Source: a virus (lineage: Duplodnaviria > Caudoviricetes). Taken from it: a stretch of DNA of 52,949 bases. The notes below the pieces were generated by a model. That model made no database searches and was not told where the DNA came from. It worked only from the letters and a program-made list of their open reading frames with translations. This document shows, in pieces, positions 1-8,333 of this stretch (positions are counted from its first letter, which is position 1; the number at the start of each line of letters is the position of its first letter). A program made the translations under genes and the position numbers. The stretch lies in IMG/VR virus record IMGVR_UViG_3300045120_000139, positions 1 through 52,949 of that record; one strand, written 5' to 3'.

Positions 1-334
1 CACCTTCTCGCACGGCATAGGTGATATATGCCGTCGGGTCTGATCCGCGATCAGTCGTCCCCACGAATTCCCACGGCGTATCCGGGAAGAAATCTGATGG
101 ATACCAGCCGCCTTGGCCCTCCTTTTCGCCATAAGAAGACGCGGCGCATTGCAGGACGGTGCTTTTACCCGCGCCGTTCTCGCCAACGATCGCAACTATT
201 GGGAATTGGAAATCAATGCGCTGTCCAGTCCATCCGCGAATTCCAAAAATTTCAATATATTCAAGGCGTTTTGCCCAGCCTGTATTGTTCCGCCACTTGT
301 TTTCCAAGCGACGCATTTCTGCGCTCATGCCCAT
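1..334 (-). CDS. ABC/OLD-type ATPase (AAA_15/AAA_21-like), N-terminal part, runs off the window start; probable IS cargo
   Basis: Not in the ORF track. Hand translation: MGMSAEMRRLENKWRNNTGWAKRLEYIEIFGIRGWTGQRIDFQFPIVAIVGENGAGKSTVLQCAASSY..., with Walker A GENGAGKST. Frame is open to base 1. Confidence 0.85.
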   Translation of the reverse strand, partial: MGMSAEMRRLENKWRNNTGWAKRLEYIEIFGIRGWTGQRIDFQFPIVAIVGENGAGKSTVLQCAASSYGEKEGQGGWYPSDFFPDTPWEFVGTTDRGSDPTAYITYAVREG

Positions 335-412
335 GTGCGGCTCCAGGGAAAGTGGAATGACGCGCGCCTGCGGCGCGAAATCAAATCGAAGCTGCCATTT
401 GTCTGATTTAAC

Positions 413-453
413 TTGCACCGGGGAACTTTATTTGATAAATTCTGCGACGTCAA
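413..453. promoter_or_regulatory. Overlapping divergent sigma70-like promoters for the ATPase and the transposase
   Basis: + strand TTGCAC(413-418)-17 bp-TAAATT(436-441); - strand TTGACG(453-448)-17 bp-TAAAGT(430-425). Confidence 0.5.
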
Positions 454-479
454 GTAAGTTTTGCGCCGCAGAGGTTGTC

Positions 480-1469
480 ATGGCCAAGGTTCAGAACCGC
501 AGCACCAAGAACGATCCAGTGCTAATGGCGATTCCTGCCGCCTGCGCTGACGAGCGCGCGGCGGTCGAGTTCATGGAAATGCAGCGTTGGGGCGATGCGC
601 CGGGCTGTCCGCGCTGCGGCGATATGGATGTGTACCAGATGAAGGACAGTGTGACTGGCGAACGTCAGGCGAACTTCCGCTGGCGCTGCAAGGGTTGCAA
701 GCAGCAGTTCACCGTTCGCATCGGCACCGTGTTTGAAGACTCGCGCATTGAACTGCGCCACTGGTGCTATGCCTTCTGGCGCGCGGCCACATCGAAGAAA
801 GGCGTCGCGGCTCTCGAACTGCACCGTCAGACCGGCTTGAGCTACAAGTCTTGCTTGTTCATGCTTCAGCGCATCCGCTTCGCCATGGGTGGTTCAATGC
901 CCGGCCCTTTGAGCGGCCCAATTGAGGCAGACGAAACCTTTGTCGGCGGCAAGCCCCGCTACAAGCTGAAGAGCAAGCACGAGCGCGAGGAGTTCTTTGC
1001 GAAGAAGCCAGCTGTGATGGCTATCCTTGAGCGTGGCGGGCGCGTGCGCACTGGTGTGATTGCGGACGTGACCGCCAAGACCCTTGGCGCTGCGCTGCGT
1101 GAGAACGTAGACCCACCAGCATCCACGCTGTACACCGACGAGCTGTTCTCATATCGCCGCGTGGGCAGGGAGTTCGCCGGCGGCCACCACACGACCAAGC
1201 ACAGCGCCGGCGAATACGCGCGCGGCGACGTGCACAGCAATACGGTTGAAGGGTTCTTTTCGAGCTTGAAGCGCGGACTAAACGGCATCTACCATGCGGT
1301 CAGCAAGGAACACCTGCACCGCTACCTGTGCGAGTTTGAGTTCCGCTACAACCACCGCCATATGGATGATGGCGACCGCACGCGAGCGGTGATCCTCGCT
1401 TCCGAAGGCAAGCGGTTGACCTATGAAGAATCGAAAGCCAGCGAAGAAGCGTACGGGTCCGAAGCCTGA
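480..1469 (+). CDS. IS1595-family (ISXO2-like) DDE transposase
   Basis: Zn ribbon CPRCG...CKGC; motifs IEADETFVGG, LYTDE, HSNTVEGFFS, HLHRYLCEFEFRYN. Likely start ATG 480. Confidence 0.95.
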   Translation: MAKVQNRSTKNDPVLMAIPAACADERAAVEFMEMQRWGDAPGCPRCGDMDVYQMKDSVTGERQANFRWRCKGCKQQFTVRIGTVFEDSRIELRHWCYAFWRAATSKKGVAALELHRQTGLSYKSCLFMLQRIRFAMGGSMPGPLSGPIEADETFVGGKPRYKLKSKHEREEFFAKKPAVMAILERGGRVRTGVIADVTAKTLGAALRENVDPPASTLYTDELFSYRRVGREFAGGHHTTKHSAGEYARGDVHSNTVEGFFSSLKRGLNGIYHAVSKEHLHRYLCEFEFRYNHRHMDDGDRTRAVILASEGKRLTYEESKASEEAYGSEA

Positions 1470-1578
1470 TAGCGTCAAGATTGAGGGCGACTGGGAAGAG
1501 GCTGTAGGTAAGGCGCTCAAACTCAAGCGGCCCAAGGAAGGATGGCCGGCTCCAGAGAAGAAAAAGGGCGGTAGTTAG
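1423..1578 (+). CDS. Small basic protein overlapping the transposase 3' end
   Basis: 51 aa, below the track cut-off: MKNRKPAKKRTGPKPDSVKIEGDWEEAVGKALKLKRPKEGWPAPEKKKGGS. Confidence 0.6.
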   Translation: MKNRKPAKKRTGPKPDSVKIEGDWEEAVGKALKLKRPKEGWPAPEKKKGGS

Positions 1579-1594
1579 CCGCCCCAAAATATAC

Positions 1595-1801
1595 CTATTC
1601 TTGCTTCAGCACCCGATCAAGGCTTAAGCCATCGGTTGCTTTGAGGCACTGAACGTATAGAGTCAGCCAATACTTGCGATCTTTCGTGTGCTGCTGCGCG
1701 TTCTCGTTGTGCGTAATCCTTTCCAAGAGTTTGAATGCGACCATTTCTTTGCTGGTCGATTCGATCTCCACAGGCCCTGACACGTTAAGACTTTCCGACA
1801 T
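1595..1801 (-). CDS. Small hypothetical passenger protein
   Basis: ORF MSESLNVSGPVEIES...RKYWLTLYVQCLKA, with a GAGGGG RBS-like run upstream; convergent with the transposase. Confidence 0.6.
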   Translation of the reverse strand: MSESLNVSGPVEIESTSKEMVAFKLLERITHNENAQQHTKDRKYWLTLYVQCLKATDGLSLDRVLKQE

Positions 1802-1982
1802 GGGAACCCCCTCAGCTGGCACCGGATGGTGTCCGTGCTAAGGATTCTCTCACCGCATAGCAAAAGCTGAGACTGCTAAACGTGACAGGGCTGAGCGCGA
1901 CTATTCAAAAGTGGCGTGCCCGCGTGCCACGACCTACCATAGTCCGTCAAGAAAAATATGTTTCGCTAAGTACATACTCCCG

Positions 1983-2023
1983 TACTCAGGGGTATTGACA
2001 AGCCTATTACCCGCGAGTACATT
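1983..2023 (+). promoter_or_regulatory. PL-like early promoter with two 12-bp operators
   Basis: TACTCAGGGGTA(1983-1994), TTGACA(1995-2000), 17 bp, TACATT(2018-2023); operator TACCCGCGAGTA(2008-2019). Confidence 0.8.
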
Positions 2024-2109
2024 CGCCTCCATCCACAGGGAGCAATCCATGCAATCCGAAGCACAGCAAGTCGAGCAGGCGTTTGCCGATAGCTGCGACC
2101 CAAGCGCGC
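1983..2109 (+). repeat. 127-bp exact direct repeat, copy 1
   Basis: Identical to 52823-52949. Confidence 0.97.
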
Positions 2110-2279
2110 GGTACGAGCGCGGCTTGTGGGTCGTAAGTTACTACGGCCTGAAGTTCCGGCTGACGCGCAAGGCCGCGCCGGGAAGCCGCGATCAGGAAAT
2201 GGACCTGTCGGTTTCCTTCACGACGCTCGGCGAAGCGCAGGCTGCTGCTGATGCGCGCAATGCTGGTGGTGCACTGTGA
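2049..2279 (+). CDS. Hypothetical protein, first early gene
   Basis: AGGGAG RBS before ATG 2049, directly downstream of the promoter. Confidence 0.7.
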   Translation: MQSEAQQVEQAFADSCDPSARYERGLWVVSYYGLKFRLTRKAAPGSRDQEMDLSVSFTTLGEAQAAADARNAGGAL

Positions 2280-2470
2280 AGTCCGCCCGCGAGAAATACC
2301 TGCGCAACGAGGCGACGAAGCAGGTCGAGCGATACCTCCGCAAAGGCCGCCACCCCAACGGTGGCCGCAACCGCCATCCGCGCAATGCCCGGAAGCACAC
2401 CAGCCGCACCAAGCCCGGCAAGCACACCCGTTCCCGAATCCGCATGCGTTCCCATGGAGGCCGCTCATGA
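2276..2470 (+). CDS. Small highly basic (R/K/H-rich) protein
   Basis: GTGA/ATGA-coupled to both neighbours. Confidence 0.55.
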   Translation: MKSAREKYLRNEATKQVERYLRKGRHPNGGRNRHPRNARKHTSRTKPGKHTRSRIRMRSHGGRS

Positions 2471-3012
2471 TTCCGCTCGTCAAAATTCTGGCCGAGATCG
2501 TCTTCACCGCGGCGCTGCCGATCATGGCGGTGGCCCTGGTCACGAAGCGCGACGGCTTCTCGATTCGCTGGAACGTGCAGGCGATGACGATGCTGCTGCT
2601 CGTGGTGGTGGTTGCGGGGTTGTCGGGTTGTGCGGTCTCGCCGAACATCGATCCGCACAAGTACATGACGCCGACAGGGCACAACGTCGAAGCCTCTCCG
2701 GGCATGACGGCTGGCCCAGGATACAAGCTCGACGACAAGTATTTCGCCGCCGCAGAAGCGCGCACCAAGCTGCAGCATTCTGAGCGCTGGGCAGCATTCT
2801 GGTGCGACATCGGCAGCACGGCCATTGCTCTCGGTACGGGTGGTGGCAACGAGCTGTGGGGCAACGCCGCGCTATTGGTCAAGGTGCCGGTCAGCTACGT
2901 GATCGAGAAGAAACTCGTGCGCGATGCCGAGAACGATCATCCGGTTGGGCTGAACATCGTCAACGGGTTTCATTGGGGCGCGTGCCTGTCGAACATGGCG
3001 AGGGTGTTGTGA
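2467..3012 (+). CDS. Membrane protein or lipoprotein
   Basis: Two hydrophobic segments; the second ends in lipobox-like LSGC. Confidence 0.65.
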   Translation: MIPLVKILAEIVFTAALPIMAVALVTKRDGFSIRWNVQAMTMLLLVVVVAGLSGCAVSPNIDPHKYMTPTGHNVEASPGMTAGPGYKLDDKYFAAAEARTKLQHSERWAAFWCDIGSTAIALGTGGGNELWGNAALLVKVPVSYVIEKKLVRDAENDHPVGLNIVNGFHWGACLSNMARVL

Positions 3013-3242
3013 TGCGCGCCCTGACCTTCCTCGGCGCCTGCCTCGGCATCTCGCTGGCGATCTGCTCGGTCGGATTCTTCATGGCGGCGTTCACGTATTC
3101 GGACCCGCACGAGAACGCACTGCGCGCGTGTCTGCACGCATCGACGTCCGAATCCGTGGGTTCGCCTGCGTACGAGTCTGCGTCGCTGTCATGCGAGGCT
3201 TTGGTCAGCATGCGCGAGCAGGCGGCGAGGTCGCAGCCATGA
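3012..3242 (+). CDS. Small membrane protein
   Basis: MRALTFLGACLGISLAICSVGFF TM segment; coupled start. Confidence 0.55.
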   Translation: MRALTFLGACLGISLAICSVGFFMAAFTYSDPHENALRACLHASTSESVGSPAYESASLSCEALVSMREQAARSQP

Positions 3243-3649
3243 ACCGCGCCGCCTACTACGCCGCTCGCCATGCCGCCCGAGCGCACGCACGCATCGACAT
3301 CAGCGCCGAGCTGCGCGCCGCGGAGTACGCCGACTCACCAGGATGGGCGCAGCAGCAGATTCGCGCGCGTCACGCCGCAGCCTGCCCTCGCGTCCCGTTC
3401 GCCTACTCGTGGGAATGGGAATTCTTCTTTCGCCAGAGCGCGATCCGACGCAACCGCGTGCTCAGCTTGATCCGCGAACGCCGCGCACTGGCTGGCAAGC
3501 CCGGCGAGTCCGCATGGTGCTATCGCCTCACCCGCGAGCTGCGCGATGTTCTGGACTGCTGGAAGCGCAACGGCATGCACATGATTCCGGTTGGCTTGCC
3601 GCGTGACCGAGTTCCGGTTTCTCAGCCTGAAATGCGGAGAGCCGCTTGA
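3239..3649 (+). CDS. Hypothetical protein
   Basis: GAGG RBS, ATGA overlap. Confidence 0.6.
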   Translation: MNRAAYYAARHAARAHARIDISAELRAAEYADSPGWAQQQIRARHAAACPRVPFAYSWEWEFFFRQSAIRRNRVLSLIRERRALAGKPGESAWCYRLTRELRDVLDCWKRNGMHMIPVGLPRDRVPVSQPEMRRAA

Positions 3650-4002
3650 ACGTCGAGACCTACCACCGCGAACTTCAATCCCTTCTGCAACTGCGCCGGC
3701 TGAACAAGGCGCTCAAGGAGACTGGTCGAATGAACGTTTTTGCTGAAATCACCGATCGCAATCAGATCGGCACCGTGATGGTCGATTTCGAAGCCGAGCG
3801 TGACCGGCGCTTGCTCAAGCATCACCTGATCAAACGGTGCGCGGCACTGCCGATCATGCCTGACACCTTCGCGATGGCCTATCAGTTGGCTTGCAACGCG
3901 CGCCATGCTGGAGCGGACCAAGAGCAGGCGCTGCAGGCCGGAGTGCGGTATGCCGAGAGGCATCAGCTGCGCAGCAGCCCGCAGCCGCCGGAGGCAGCAT
4001 GA
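3646..4002 (+). CDS. Hypothetical protein
   Basis: Coupled ORF with GGAG RBS. Confidence 0.6.
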   Translation: MNVETYHRELQSLLQLRRLNKALKETGRMNVFAEITDRNQIGTVMVDFEAERDRRLLKHHLIKRCAALPIMPDTFAMAYQLACNARHAGADQEQALQAGVRYAERHQLRSSPQPPEAA

Positions 4003-4098
4003 AAACTGCAGTCGTTCTCTACGGGATATTCATCGCCTCACTTTGGATCGGCGCGATTTGCATCATTGTGCATTTCGTTACGAAGTACTGGTGAGCGC

Positions 4099-4530
4099 AT
4101 GACCGTCGCCCTTATCGTTGTCGCCCTCGCCGCGATCTCGCTGATCGTCTTCCCGCGCCGCACGCGCCCGAACATCGACGACCGCGGCACGGTGCCGCTG
4201 CAACCGCAGGCACGCATGCATCGCTGGCGGCAATGCAGCGATGCGCAGGAAGGCACGGAAACCGCCACTGCGCTCGCACGCGCGGCCAAGGGAGCCAATG
4301 CGAAGGCGCTGCTGCTGCTGCGTGCCTCGAACCGCGCCAAGCGCCCGCAGAGCATCCAGAAGGGTTACGTCGTGCCGCTGCAGGTCGGCGAACGGTTCGG
4401 CGACGCATCCAAAGCACCGAAGCTGCGCGTCGTGCAGGTCGAGCCGCTGCGTTCCATTCGCACTGCGTTCGTGCCGAAGGCGGATGTGCCGGTGATCGTG
4501 AAGCGCCCGCGATTGTCGCTGGCGCGTTGA
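4099..4530 (+). CDS. Membrane-anchored hypothetical protein
   Basis: N-terminal TM MTVALIVVALAAISLIVF. Confidence 0.55.
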   Translation: MTVALIVVALAAISLIVFPRRTRPNIDDRGTVPLQPQARMHRWRQCSDAQEGTETATALARAAKGANAKALLLLRASNRAKRPQSIQKGYVVPLQVGERFGDASKAPKLRVVQVEPLRSIRTAFVPKADVPVIVKRPRLSLAR

Positions 4531-4553
4531 ATCAACCACAGAGAGGAAACGAA

Positions 4554-4874
4554 ATGAAGCTCTATCGTCAAGGTGATGTACTGATCCGCCAGGTTGCTTC
4601 GCTTCCGTCCGATGCGAAGCCGGTGAAGAACAAAGGTCGCATCGTGCTGGCGCACGGCGAGGTGACTGGCCACGCGCACGCGATCGCCGTTCGCGAGGCG
4701 CGCGAGTTCACGATGGCTGACGCTGCGGGTGCAGTGAAGCGCTTCCTCAGCGTCGTCTCCGAAGCGACCGTGCGTCACGAAGAGCATGCGCCGATCACGC
4801 TGCCTGCCGGCGTGTACGAGATCGTGCAGCAGCGCGAGTACACGCCCGAAGAAATTCGCAACGTCGCGGATTGA
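4554..4874 (+). CDS. Conserved small His-rich phage protein, usual partner of DUF6745-like genes
   Basis: Motifs YRQGDV, LAHGEVTGHAH, HEEH, LPAGVYEIVQQREY; GAGG RBS. Confidence 0.8.
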   Translation: MKLYRQGDVLIRQVASLPSDAKPVKNKGRIVLAHGEVTGHAHAIAVREAREFTMADAAGAVKRFLSVVSEATVRHEEHAPITLPAGVYEIVQQREYTPEEIRNVAD

Positions 4875-4903
4875 ATCCTGCCAACAACGTGAGGGGAGAC
4901 GCC

Positions 4904-6301
4904 ATGGAAAAAATTACGAAACTCACGTCGGCGCAGGAGCGCCGACTCGGTGAAACGCTGAACAACTGGCTATCGATCGGGCGCACTACGCAACCGATTG
5001 ACCACCAGCATGCCACGGACGCGATTTGTGCGATGTATGAAGCCATCGGAAAGCCGCGACCCGCCGTGTTGTTTTTCAGCTCGCCCATGATGTGCATTCT
5101 CGCGTACGGCGCTTTGCGCGCATTCGCGCAAAGCGCCGGCGCGGAGGGTAAACAGCTCAGGTCGCAGCTCGTGTCGCATCTCGGGTCGCAGCTCGGGTCG
5201 CATCTCGGGTCGCATCTCGGGTCGCAGCTCAGGTCGCAGCTCAGGTCGCAGCTCGGGTCGCATCTCGGGTCGCAGCTCAGGTCGCAGCTCAGGTCGCAGC
5301 TCGTGTCGCAGCTCGGGTCGCAGCTCGGGTCGCATCTCGGGTCGCATCTCGGGTCGCAGCTCAGGTCGCAGCTCGGGTCGCAGCTCGTGTCGCAGCTCGG
5401 GTCGCAGCTCAGGTCGCAGCTCTGGTCGCAGCTCGGGTCGCAGCTCAGGTCGCAGCTCTGGTCGCAGCTCGGGTCGCATCTCGGGTCGCAGCTCGGGTCG
5501 CAGCTCGGGTCGCATCTCGGGTCGCAGCTCGGGTCGCAGCTCGGGTCGCAGCTCGGGTCGCAGCTCTGGTCGCAGCTCTGGTCGCAGCTCAGCAATTATT
5601 TCGCCGGAGCGCAGTGGTGCGGATGGGAGGTTTTTTACGATTTTTGCGGCGAGATAGGCGTGCAATATAACGATTGGCAAAAATCGACACTGGCGCTCTG
5701 GTTGCGCCAGTCGCAGCACTGCCACTGGTGGTTCCCGTATGAAGGAATCGTCTTCGCCTCCGAGCGTCCGACGCAGCTCGCGGTGGATGTGCAAGGCCGC
5801 CTGCATGCGCTCGACAAGCAGGCGATCGGATATTCGGACGGGTGGGGCGTTCATGCCGTCCATGGCGTGCAAATCCCCGCCGAGCTGATCGAGCAGCCCG
5901 CGAGCATCACGACCGCGAGAATCGAATCGGAGCGCAACGCTGAAGTGCGGCGCGTGATGATCGAGCTGTTCGGCCAGGATCGCTACCTGCTCGACTCCGG
6001 CGCCAAGGTCGTTTCTCACGATCGAGCCGGCATTCTCTATCGCAAGGACCTGGCCGACGACGAACCCATCGTGATGGTGCGCGTGCTGAATTCCACGCCG
6101 GAGCCAGACGGCGTTATGTCGCGCGACGAAGCGATCGCAACATTCGGCGTGGCTGCGCGTGCTGCCATCGATTCACCGGAAGGCAGCCGTTTCAAGCAGT
6201 ACATGATCAGAGTTCCGCCGGAAGTGCGTAGTGCGCAGGAAGCGGTTGCTTGGACGTTCAATCTCAAGCCGGGCGAATACGAGCCGGCCGTCGAGAGCTA
6301 A
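4904..6301 (+). CDS. DUF6745-like protein with a tetrapeptide repeat array
   Basis: FFSSP, then xSQL repeats, then [54 protein letters not shown]. Confidence 0.8.
   Translation: MEKITKLTSAQERRLGETLNNWLSIGRTTQPIDHQHATDAICAMYEAIGKPRPAVLFFSSPMMCILAYGALRAFAQSAGAEGKQLRSQLVSHLGSQLGSHLGSHLGSQLRSQLRSQLGSHLGSQLRSQLRSQLVSQLGSQLGSHLGSHLGSQLRSQLGSQLVSQLGSQLRSQLWSQLGSQLRSQLWSQLGSHLGSQLGSQLGSHLGSQLGSQLGSQLGSQLWSQLWSQLSNYFAGAQWCGWEVFYDFCGEIGVQYNDWQKSTLALWLRQSQHCHWWFPYEGIVFASERPTQLAVDVQGRLHALDKQAIGYSDGWGVHAVHGVQIPAELIEQPASITTARIESERNAEVRRVMIELFGQDRYLLDSGAKVVSHDRAGILYRKDLADDEPIVMVRVLNSTPEPDGVMSRDEAIATFGVAARAAIDSPEGSRFKQYMIRVPPEVRSAQEAVAWTFNLKPGEYEPAVES
5159..5590 (+). repeat. 36 x 12-bp coding tandem repeat (A/G/T)GG|GTG-TCG-CA(G/T)-CTC
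   Basis: Counted directly; encodes [R/V/G/W]S[Q/H]L. Confidence 0.97.
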
Positions 6302-6389
6302 ATCATTTCATCACACAGCGGCGCTGGCGCGCACTCCCCGCAATCCAAAATTGGCGCCGCTGTATTTCTTTCCGCAGGAGATTCCAAAA

Positions 6390-6572
6390 ATGCCGTTCAC
6401 TATCACGATCACCGAACAGAACACCGCGACCGCAGCAAACGAGTTTGCTGACGCGCCTGGCAAAGAGGTTTTCCGCCAGACCGTTGAAGCACTCGATCTG
6501 CAGGCGGTCTTCAGCGCAATCAACAAGAAGCCGAGGAAGCCGCGCGAGCGGAAGGCCAAGGTGACGCCATGA
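6390..6572 (+). CDS. Hypothetical protein
   Basis: AGGAG RBS, MPFTITITEQ... Confidence 0.6.
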   Translation: MPFTITITEQNTATAANEFADAPGKEVFRQTVEALDLQAVFSAINKKPRKPRERKAKVTP

Positions 6573-7324
6573 GCGTCGCGCCTGAAGCTGTGCGCGGCGA
6601 ATTGGTCGCGGCCGCGCCTCGCAAGCGCAGCGCGCTGACCACCACGACGCCAGCAGATCTGCTGCGCTTGGCCGTCGAGCAGGGAGCCGATCTGGACCGG
6701 CTGGAAAAGCTCATGGACCTCCAGACGCGCTACGAGGCCGACCAGGCGCGCAAGGCATACGTCGCCGCGATGGCGGCGTTCAAGGCCGAACCGCTGTCGA
6801 TCGACAAGGACAAGCACGTCCGCTACGTCAAGAAGGACGGCAGCGTTACCGAGTACGATCATGCGTCGATCGGCAACGTTGTCACGCGGATCTGCGCGGA
6901 GCTCGGCAAGCACGGTTTCTCACATCGCTGGGACACGAAGCAGATCGACGGCAAGGTGACGGTGACCTGCATCATTACGCACGAGCTCGGCCATTCCGAG
7001 AGCACGCAGTTATTCGCGAGCCCGGATGACTCTGGCGGCAAGAATGGCATCCAGTCGATTGCGTCGACGGTCACATATCTGCAGCGGTATACGTTGCTCG
7101 CCGCGACCGGTCTGGCTACGAGCGACCAGGAGGACGATGACGGCCGCGGCGCCGGCGATGCAGTTCCGATGTATCTGGCCGCGGAATACGCCGACTGGAA
7201 ATCGAAGATCGACGACTGCGTGACGCCTGATGATTTCGCGGCGACGTGGAAGGAAATGTCGCCCGGCGTGCGGAAGGTGATGGCGGACTACGTCAAGCAG
7301 AAAAAGGCGGAGGTCCTGCCGTAA
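6569..7324 (+). CDS. erf: ERF-family single-strand annealing protein
   Basis: ADLDRLEKLMDLQ; KNGIQSIASTVTYLQRYTLLAATGLA; EDDDG. Confidence 0.9.
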   Translation: MSVAPEAVRGELVAAAPRKRSALTTTTPADLLRLAVEQGADLDRLEKLMDLQTRYEADQARKAYVAAMAAFKAEPLSIDKDKHVRYVKKDGSVTEYDHASIGNVVTRICAELGKHGFSHRWDTKQIDGKVTVTCIITHELGHSESTQLFASPDDSGGKNGIQSIASTVTYLQRYTLLAATGLATSDQEDDDGRGAGDAVPMYLAAEYADWKSKIDDCVTPDDFAATWKEMSPGVRKVMADYVKQKKAEVLP

Positions 7325-8100
7325 TGATCATCCACAACTGCGCTCAGGGTTCACCGGAATGGCATCAGGCGCGCTGCGGAGTGATCACGGCGAGTATGTT
7401 CTGCGTGATCCGCAAACGCGTCGGCTGCCTGACCGATCAGCAGCAGCGATTCGTCGACGCGGTGCGCGCCGGCCGCGACGAGAGGGGTGCGATGGAAGCG
7501 GCTGGCTATAAGGCCAAGCCGCGCGCCGAGGGCATCGAGCGTGCGCTGGCCGGCGAAGTCGTCGGCGACTACTCGGACGCGGCGAAGGACTACGCCTTCC
7601 GCTTGGCCGTGGAGCGCATCAGCGGCGAACCGCTCGATGAGCAGTTCCAGACGTTCGCCATGCGCCGCGGCAACGAGCTCGAGCCGGATGCGCGGTTCGC
7701 TCACGAGATGGCCGCCGGCGTCACCGTGCGGCGTGCTGGCTTCGTCTCCACCGATGACAACGCGTTCGGCGGCAGCGCCGACGGCTTGATCGGCGAGGAC
7801 GGTGGCAGCGAGTACAAATGCCTGATCGATCCGGCCAGGCTGCGTCATGTACTGATCGATAATGACACCTCCGAGTTCACGGACCAGGTGCAGGGATGTC
7901 TCTGGCTGACCGGCCGCAAGTTCTGGCACTTCGCGCTTTATTGCCCCGCGCTGGCGCCGATCAGCAAGGAACTCTGGTGGAGAGAGTTCAAGCGAGATGA
8001 CGCCTACATCGAGCGCATGGAAGCCGACCTGGTCGCGTTCAAGACGCTCGTCGACAACAACGAACGCCATCTGCGCGAAGACGTGCGAATCGCCGCATGA
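7324..8100 (+). CDS. YqaJ/lambda-exonuclease family nuclease
   Basis: QGSPEWHQARCGVITAS, RGNELEP, GSADGL, EYKC, QVQG. Confidence 0.92.
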   Translation: MIIHNCAQGSPEWHQARCGVITASMFCVIRKRVGCLTDQQQRFVDAVRAGRDERGAMEAAGYKAKPRAEGIERALAGEVVGDYSDAAKDYAFRLAVERISGEPLDEQFQTFAMRRGNELEPDARFAHEMAAGVTVRRAGFVSTDDNAFGGSADGLIGEDGGSEYKCLIDPARLRHVLIDNDTSEFTDQVQGCLWLTGRKFWHFALYCPALAPISKELWWREFKRDDAYIERMEADLVAFKTLVDNNERHLREDVRIAA

Positions 8101-8333
8101 AAGGCAATGCAATTGCCATCCTAGCCGCGCTCGAATCTGGCCTGCAGATTGTGCCTGACATCGAGCGTGCGACGGGTATCGCGAGGGCATCGATCTGGGC
8201 GCGATTACACGAGTTCAAGCGCATTGGCGTTGTCCGGCCGATTCGATTGCGCAAGACGCTCGGGCGTGGCCGGAATGGTGAAAAGTACAAACGCTATTTG
8301 CTGATTCGCCTCGCAGGCTGGCGCGAAGCCTGA
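8097..8333 (+). CDS. Small putative winged-HTH protein
   Basis: DIERATGIARASIWARLHEFKRIG. Confidence 0.5.
   Translation: MKGNAIAILAALESGLQIVPDIERATGIARASIWARLHEFKRIGVVRPIRLRKTLGRGRNGEKYKRYLLIRLAGWREA

Larger units (their letters stand above)
1..1982 (+). mobile_element. IS1595-family cargo transposon, right portion; left end outside the window
   Basis: IS1595 transposase plus passenger ORFs. TIR-like end ...TTTCGCTAAGTACATACTCCCG finishes at 1982, exactly where identity to the phage circle begins. No matching left TIR seen in 1-480. Confidence 0.75.

Noticed and set aside
28-479. + strand ORFs 28-360 and 113-406, and the 159 start of the transposase
   Set aside because: They overlap the - strand ATPase. 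The transposase has a GAGG RBS and a promoter ahead of ATG 480.
5159-5590. CRISPR array or DGR variable repeat
   Set aside because: Contiguous 12-bp units with no spacers, in frame within a gene. No cas or reverse transcriptase gene and no template repeat were seen.
4795-6019. Long antisense ORFs with CDPS and PELR repeats
   Set aside because: Shadows of the stop-free 12-bp repeat; they oppose the operon direction.
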